Source: a virus (lineage: Duplodnaviria; Caudoviricetes). Taken from it: a stretch of 37,776 bases of DNA. The notes under the pieces are model-generated. The model saw nothing but the letters and a program-made list of their open reading frames with translations, had not been told where the DNA came from and searched no databases. The position numbers and the translations under genes were made by a program. The stretch lies in IMG/VR virus record IMGVR_UViG_3300025889_000351, positions 1-37,776 of that record, one strand, 5' to 3'. Position 1 is the first letter of the stretch. Each line of letters starts with the position of its first letter. Positions 33,392 to 37,776 of the stretch are shown here, one piece after another.

Positions 33392-34291
33392 TCACACGCC
33401 GATCACGGTCCAGTTGGACCCGTTGTACCAGACCAGCGCCGCGGCAGCCCCGCCGTCCGCCACGGTCGATCCCACCGACGGCGTGGTGGCGTCGTTCACC
33501 TGGGCGATCATGCCGACCGCCGGGGTCGCCGGCAGACTGGCCACCGCCACTGCCGTGGCCGGGACCACCGAATGGACGAACGCCACGGACTTGTCGCCGG
33601 CGATCGTCGCCGCCGTCGCGAGCGCGTTTTGCGACGTGCCAGAACCTCCTGCCGGAGCAACCTTGAAGATGATAGACCCACCAGCACCGGAGCCCGTTCC
33701 CCGCGAACCATTTACGGTGAGCGCAACGCCCGCCGTGTCGGTCTCTCCTGCCAAAACCGACTGCACGTTGACCGCTTGCGCCGCCGGTGCCGCCGCGTCA
33801 GCCGCGCCCAGGCGAACCGCGCCACCCTCGACGGACAGGTTCCCCGTGACAGTGGCGGCGCCAGTGACAGACGCAGTGCCCGTCACAGACAGGTCACCCG
33901 TCACACCCATATCCTCGGGAGCGACAATTCCGTCATCATTGAACTTCACCAGCACCTGGCCCGTGCCGGGGTCGGTCAGCTCGCGCAGCGTGTCGTCCGC
34001 GTCGGCGATCGAGCACACCGCCGTGCCGGTTATCGGGTTCTCGCCGTCCGTATCCTCGGCGCGGAACCGATACGACTCCTCGCGTTTGGTCTCGTTCTTC
34101 GACGTCCCGCTGAAACCAGTGTCCGCCGTGCCGCCGGCAATCACCTCCCATGTCGCGAACCGACGCTGGCGTTCGAGATAAACGAACCCGGTGAACGTGC
34201 CGGTCACGCTATAGGTGACGCTCTGCCCCGGCTTGATCGCCAGCACCAGGCTGGTGCCAGCCGCGGTGAAGCTCTTAGAAACTGTCGCCAT
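33392..34291 (-). CDS. Putative structural/fibre protein, 299 aa
   Basis: AGGAG RBS; GDLSVTGTASVTGAATVTGNLSV repeats; C-terminal VWYNGSNWTV. Confidence 0.65.
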   Translation of the reverse strand: MATVSKSFTAAGTSLVLAIKPGQSVTYSVTGTFTGFVYLERQRRFATWEVIAGGTADTGFSGTSKNETKREESYRFRAEDTDGENPITGTAVCSIADADDTLRELTDPGTGQVLVKFNDDGIVAPEDMGVTGDLSVTGTASVTGAATVTGNLSVEGGAVRLGAADAAAPAAQAVNVQSVLAGETDTAGVALTVNGSRGTGSGAGGSIIFKVAPAGGSGTSQNALATAATIAGDKSVAFVHSVVPATAVAVASLPATPAVGMIAQVNDATTPSVGSTVADGGAAAALVWYNGSNWTVIGV

Positions 34292-34303
34292 GGGTATCTC
34301 CTG

Positions 34304-35989
34304 TTACGCTGCGCCGGCGGGCGTGCCGCCATATCCGGTGAGGCGCGACATAATGTCGTGCATGTTGTCGCCATCGATCTCGCTGACGGTCTTCGCCGTG
34401 TCCGCCGCGACCGGCATCGCGGCAGCCGCCTGCGCTTGGGCCATCTGCTGCGCCCTCTGCTGACGGACTGCCGCGACCTGGTCGTCTGGCACAACCAGCT
34501 CGGGGTTGACGCCATACATCACTGAATAGTCGTCAACGACCTGGTCAAAGTTGATCTTGTCGATGATCTCAGGCTTCATCTGCGCGAGCTGACCGACCGT
34601 CATCAGCAGACGATCGGCACCTTGCGCCGCCACCGCGCGCTGCGCCTGAGCCAGCACGGAGATGAACTCCACCTTGAGGTTCATCCCCTCCAGCTCCTGC
34701 GGCACCGGCGGCAGGATATGCGCGCGAGCTGCATAGTTGAAGGTGATGTCGATCAGCGGCGCCAGTAGCTCGTTGTGCAGACGCTCGAGCACAGGTCCGA
34801 GCATGAGGAGCTTCTCCTCGTGACGCTCGGCCACCTCGGTCGCGGTGATGTTGCTGCGCTGGTCGTTCGCCAGCAGCAGGAACAGGTCGGCGTAATACGC
34901 GGAGCGAATGCGCTGGCGCACGTCCTGGATGTCCAGCAGCAAGTGCTGCAGGTTCAGGTTCACCTCATACGCCGACCTGATGCCCTGGTTCGGCCCCTGG
35001 CTGTCCACATAGAACACGCCGCCCGGCAGCCTGGACTTCGCCGCTTCCTTGTAGCGGGTTGGCACCTGCAAGGGCGGGTTGACCTGCAGGTCGATCGCCT
35101 GCGCTTTGCGAAGCTGCTGGTGCTGGAGCTGCTTGACGTCGCCCAAACACTCCATGCCGGGGCTGGTGCCGTAGATGTCGTTGCCTGTGACCAGCCACCT
35201 CGGCGCGAGCACCGGGCACTGCTCGAAGCCTGACTCGGACAGGAACTTGTCCCAGTCGTCCCGGCTCGGCTCGAAATAGCAGGACATCCACGGCATGTTC
35301 TTGCCGTCTTTCTTCGCGTAATCCCTATCCCGGCGGGGCTGCACGATGTGGATCACGTCGACCCACTGATCGTAGTTGCCGTTCTTGTAGAGATTCCTGA
35401 CGGTCCTCGAGCACTGGTCTTCGCCGAACTGCTCGACCATCTGCGCCACTGTCATCTGGAATTCACGGCACATGGTGTCGACCACGCCGCGGGCGTCGGT
35501 GGCGATGGCGTATTCGCCGATCGTCAGCGGGTAGTGATGGATGACATTCTCAAAATCCGGCAGGACGATCGAGGCCGCCGTGCCGAACAAGCCCAGCTCG
35601 TCATACATGACGTGTAGGGCGCGGTAGGTGTTCGATGAGGTGAAGATCGATCGGATCAGGTTGGCGGTGTCATGCAGCCAGGTCTTGACCGCCTGCGCTT
35701 CCATCAGGTCGCGGTCCTGGATCTCGAGCTTGAACCAGGGTCTGGCCGGCGAGGTCATGCCGGACATCAGCCCGGCGGACAGCGTCCTCGAGCCGAATAC
35801 CGCGGTGTTGTCGTGGATGTTGTTGGCGCGCTTGCCGCCCTTGTTGCGGTCGTCGACGAAGAATCTACCGGCCCGAGGCTGCTGATAGTCCGAGATCTCG
35901 CGCCAGTGCGAGACCCAGGACGACCGCTCGTTCCAGAGCGCCGACTTGCGATTGAGCAGCCGCTGGCGAGGGTTGAGTTCCACCGCCAC
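34304..35989 (-). CDS. Portal protein (podovirus head-tail connector)
   Basis: GLMSGMTSPARPWF, FGTA, RW...GN..YG.SPGM..LGDVKQLQ, TATEVAERHEEKLLMLGPVLERL. Confidence 0.93.
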   Translation of the reverse strand: MAVELNPRQRLLNRKSALWNERSSWVSHWREISDYQQPRAGRFFVDDRNKGGKRANNIHDNTAVFGSRTLSAGLMSGMTSPARPWFKLEIQDRDLMEAQAVKTWLHDTANLIRSIFTSSNTYRALHVMYDELGLFGTAASIVLPDFENVIHHYPLTIGEYAIATDARGVVDTMCREFQMTVAQMVEQFGEDQCSRTVRNLYKNGNYDQWVDVIHIVQPRRDRDYAKKDGKNMPWMSCYFEPSRDDWDKFLSESGFEQCPVLAPRWLVTGNDIYGTSPGMECLGDVKQLQHQQLRKAQAIDLQVNPPLQVPTRYKEAAKSRLPGGVFYVDSQGPNQGIRSAYEVNLNLQHLLLDIQDVRQRIRSAYYADLFLLLANDQRSNITATEVAERHEEKLLMLGPVLERLHNELLAPLIDITFNYAARAHILPPVPQELEGMNLKVEFISVLAQAQRAVAAQGADRLLMTVGQLAQMKPEIIDKINFDQVVDDYSVMYGVNPELVVPDDQVAAVRQQRAQQMAQAQAAAAMPVAADTAKTVSEIDGDNMHDIMSRLTGYGGTPAGAA

Positions 35990-35992
35990 CGG

Positions 35993-36187
35993 CTAGCCGC
36001 CCAACAGCGTGCTCTTGCCGGTCGCGACGCTGCTCGGCTGCAGGCCGGCGGGGCCGGTCAGCAGGCTGCCCCCAACAATGCCCGAGCGGTTCCGCCGCAT
36101 GGACGCGGCCAGCATCCCGCTGTCCGGGGCCTTCTTCTCTTGTGGCGGGGGCGGCGGGTCAGGGACGGACGATCCGAACAAGCACAT
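35993..36187 (-). CDS. 64-aa small protein upstream of portal
   Basis: MCLFG...PPPPP...SLLTGPAG...KSTLLGG; AGGAG RBS 8 nt before ATG 36187. Confidence 0.75.
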   Translation of the reverse strand: MCLFGSSVPDPPPPPQEKKAPDSGMLAASMRRNRSGIVGGSLLTGPAGLQPSSVATGKSTLLGG

Positions 36188-36215
36188 ACTGCGGGCTCCT
36201 GCGTGCAATGCGCGG

Positions 36216-36248
36216 AGCATACGACCAGCGGCTCAAGACACGGATACG
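36216..36248 (-). promoter_or_regulatory. Phage-specific late promoter copy (portal unit)
   Basis: CGTATCCGTG-N17-TATGCT. Confidence 0.75.
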
Positions 36249-36253
36249 GCAGG

Positions 36254-37582
36254 CTACAGGCGGGCGTAGGGGTCGTAATTGAGAGCACTATCCTCGTGCA
36301 CCGGCAGCCCCATCCAGCGGGCTCTGGCCTCAATTGTGTGGTCGCGCCAGACCGGGAAAGCGAAGGTCAGGGCCAGGGCATCGCCCAGGTCAGGGGACGG
36401 CAGGCCGCGAGCCTTGATGTCGTCTTTCGCCTCGAGCTGGATCTTGTCGGCGGAGGTGAACTTGTAGGTCGGCGCGGCCAAATCCTGCTTCAGCTCGGGG
36501 ATGTCCGGGATGGCGCCCCCGGCTGCCAGCCAGTCGCGCAGCTCGAACCACATCTCTGCCCGCTTGTTCAGATAGCGCCCGGTCGAGGGCTGACCGGCGA
36601 AATGCACCTCGATCACGTCGTGGTGGAGCTGGCGCAGCCGGTCGATCACCCCTGCCCCGTTGCCGGCGTCGATGAACACGGCATCGGGCTGGAACCGCTC
36701 GATCTCCTGCCCGACGCGATCGGCCAGGGTCATGTTGTCCATGCCGCGGAATATCCTTGGCGGATGGGCGAACAGCCCCTGGCGCATGAATATGACCGAC
36801 CGGTCGTCGCCGAACCGGGCCGGGTCGACGCCGATCACCTTGGCGGCGAAGTCGTATTGCGATTTGTCCAGGTGCCGCCCCGCGGCGGTATGCACGTCGG
36901 ACAGACTGATGAGCTGGTCGTCGCCGGCGGCGGAGAAGTCGCAGAGCATTTCGCGCCGGAAGGTGTTCTCGTCGACCGACCGCTTGTAGCGTTCGACCTC
37001 GGCCCGCTCGAGGGCGTCGGTGTCGTATACCGTATAAGAGGCCGCATACCAGTCGGGCAGGTCTCTGGCCTTGAAGAACAGCTCGCTGAACAGGTTGATA
37101 CCCCGCGGCGTGCCGATGAACGTGGACCAGCCGAGGCGATCGGTCAGGGCCGGCTGCAGCACCTCGGTCCAGGTCTCAGGCTTGACGTCCGCCACCTCGT
37201 CGATGACGACCCCGTCCAGGCGCACACCGCGCATCGCGTCGGGATTATCTGCACCGTAGACCCGGATCATGCTGCCGTTCGACGTGAACCGCACCCAGAG
37301 CTCGGACTCGTTGACCTCGGCCAGGGCGCGCATGGTCAGGGGCGCCACGATCTGCTTCAGCCGGGACCAGGCGATTGCTTTGGCCTGCTTGAGCAAGGGC
37401 GCCACGTAGAAGAACAGCCCCAGCTCTTTGTCGCAGCGCAGCGCCTTGTCGACCAGTTCGCGGAGCGCCAGCTCGGTCTTGCCAGCGCGTCGGTGCAGGG
37501 CAAGGACGGTGAACCGCTTCCGCCGCTGGTGGCACTCCCGCTGCCAGGGCCGGGGCCGATAGCCCAGGTCGATGGTGGTCAC
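36254..37582 (-). CDS. terL: Terminase large subunit
   Basis: Walker A HRRAGKT, Walker B GVVIDE, GTPRG, nuclease GVDPARFGDD and SPDLGDALALTF; GTG 37582 with GAGGAGG RBS and GTGA overlap. Confidence 0.95.
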   Translation of the reverse strand: MTTIDLGYRPRPWQRECHQRRKRFTVLALHRRAGKTELALRELVDKALRCDKELGLFFYVAPLLKQAKAIAWSRLKQIVAPLTMRALAEVNESELWVRFTSNGSMIRVYGADNPDAMRGVRLDGVVIDEVADVKPETWTEVLQPALTDRLGWSTFIGTPRGINLFSELFFKARDLPDWYAASYTVYDTDALERAEVERYKRSVDENTFRREMLCDFSAAGDDQLISLSDVHTAAGRHLDKSQYDFAAKVIGVDPARFGDDRSVIFMRQGLFAHPPRIFRGMDNMTLADRVGQEIERFQPDAVFIDAGNGAGVIDRLRQLHHDVIEVHFAGQPSTGRYLNKRAEMWFELRDWLAAGGAIPDIPELKQDLAAPTYKFTSADKIQLEAKDDIKARGLPSPDLGDALALTFAFPVWRDHTIEARARWMGLPVHEDSALNYDPYARL

Positions 37583-37776
37583 GCCTCCTCGGCGTCCGGC
37601 ACGCCGGTGCTGATCACGACCTTGGTCTCGAGCGGTCGGCCATCGGGGCCGGAGATCTCCGTGCGCTTGTTCTCGCGATAATCGTTCGGGAACCTGGCCG
37701 CCATGCTGCGGGACCATAGCGAATGGTTCAACCGGTCTCCGCCGGGGCTCTCGACCATATGCTTTGCCGCCAGCGT
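37579..37776 (-). CDS. terS: Terminase small subunit, C-terminal part (5'-truncated)
   Basis: Open frame ...NHSLWSRSMAARFPNDYRENKRTEISGPDGRPL...EEA-stop overlapping the terL start. Confidence 0.7.
   Translation of the reverse strand, partial: TLAAKHMVESPGGDRLNHSLWSRSMAARFPNDYRENKRTEISGPDGRPLETKVVISTGVPDAEEA

Larger units (their letters stand above)
1..37776. mobile_element. Tailed dsDNA bacteriophage genome segment (podovirus-type, BPP-1/epsilon15-like structural module); both ends truncated
   Basis: Continuous run of phage replication, packaging, head, tail, ejection and lysis genes in two convergent arms; no host housekeeping genes. Confidence 0.97.

Noticed and set aside
33375-34181. 268-aa Pro/Ala-rich + strand ORF resembling a surface protein
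   Set aside because: Antisense to the 299-aa late gene, which has a strong RBS and fits the operon
35672-37681. 669-aa + strand ORF, and similar antisense ORFs (31080-32600, 33254-34525, 2784-3932)
   Set aside because: Antisense shadows of terminase, capsid, structural and helicase genes that have clear motifs on the other strand
1-37776. tRNA/rRNA genes or a phage-encoded integrase
   Set aside because: None recognisable; intergenic gaps are short and explained by promoters. An integrase could still lie in the unseen part of the genome

Overview
The window is most of the genome of a GC-rich tailed dsDNA phage with a podovirus-type morphogenesis module (BPP-1/epsilon15/T7-like gene order). 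Both ends cut through genes and no host genes are visible. The + strand arm (1-6547) carries a ParB-like HTH fragment, a family-B DNA polymerase, VRR-NUC nuclease, SNF2 helicase, a DUF6378-like protein, an N6/N4 DNA methyltransferase and small regulators. The convergent - strand arm (37776-6544) carries terminase, portal, scaffold, capsid, cement, several extra fibre-like proteins, tail tubular A/B, ejection proteins, two tailspikes and a holin-endolysin cassette. The main observation is a dif-like XerCD site with an intact XerC arm and core but a degenerate XerD arm (4382-4409, partly repeated at 5312-5339), about 1.8 kb from an HTH + DUF3653-like (XafT-like) gene. This suggests a tailed phage exploiting host Xer recombination as the TLC satellite does. 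Other points of interest are four exactly spaced copies of a phage-specific late promoter (CGTATCCGTG-N17-TAnnnT) and tandem ADP-ribosyltransferase-like modules inside the 2286-aa ejection protein. All family assignments come from motif recognition by eye; no searches were run.
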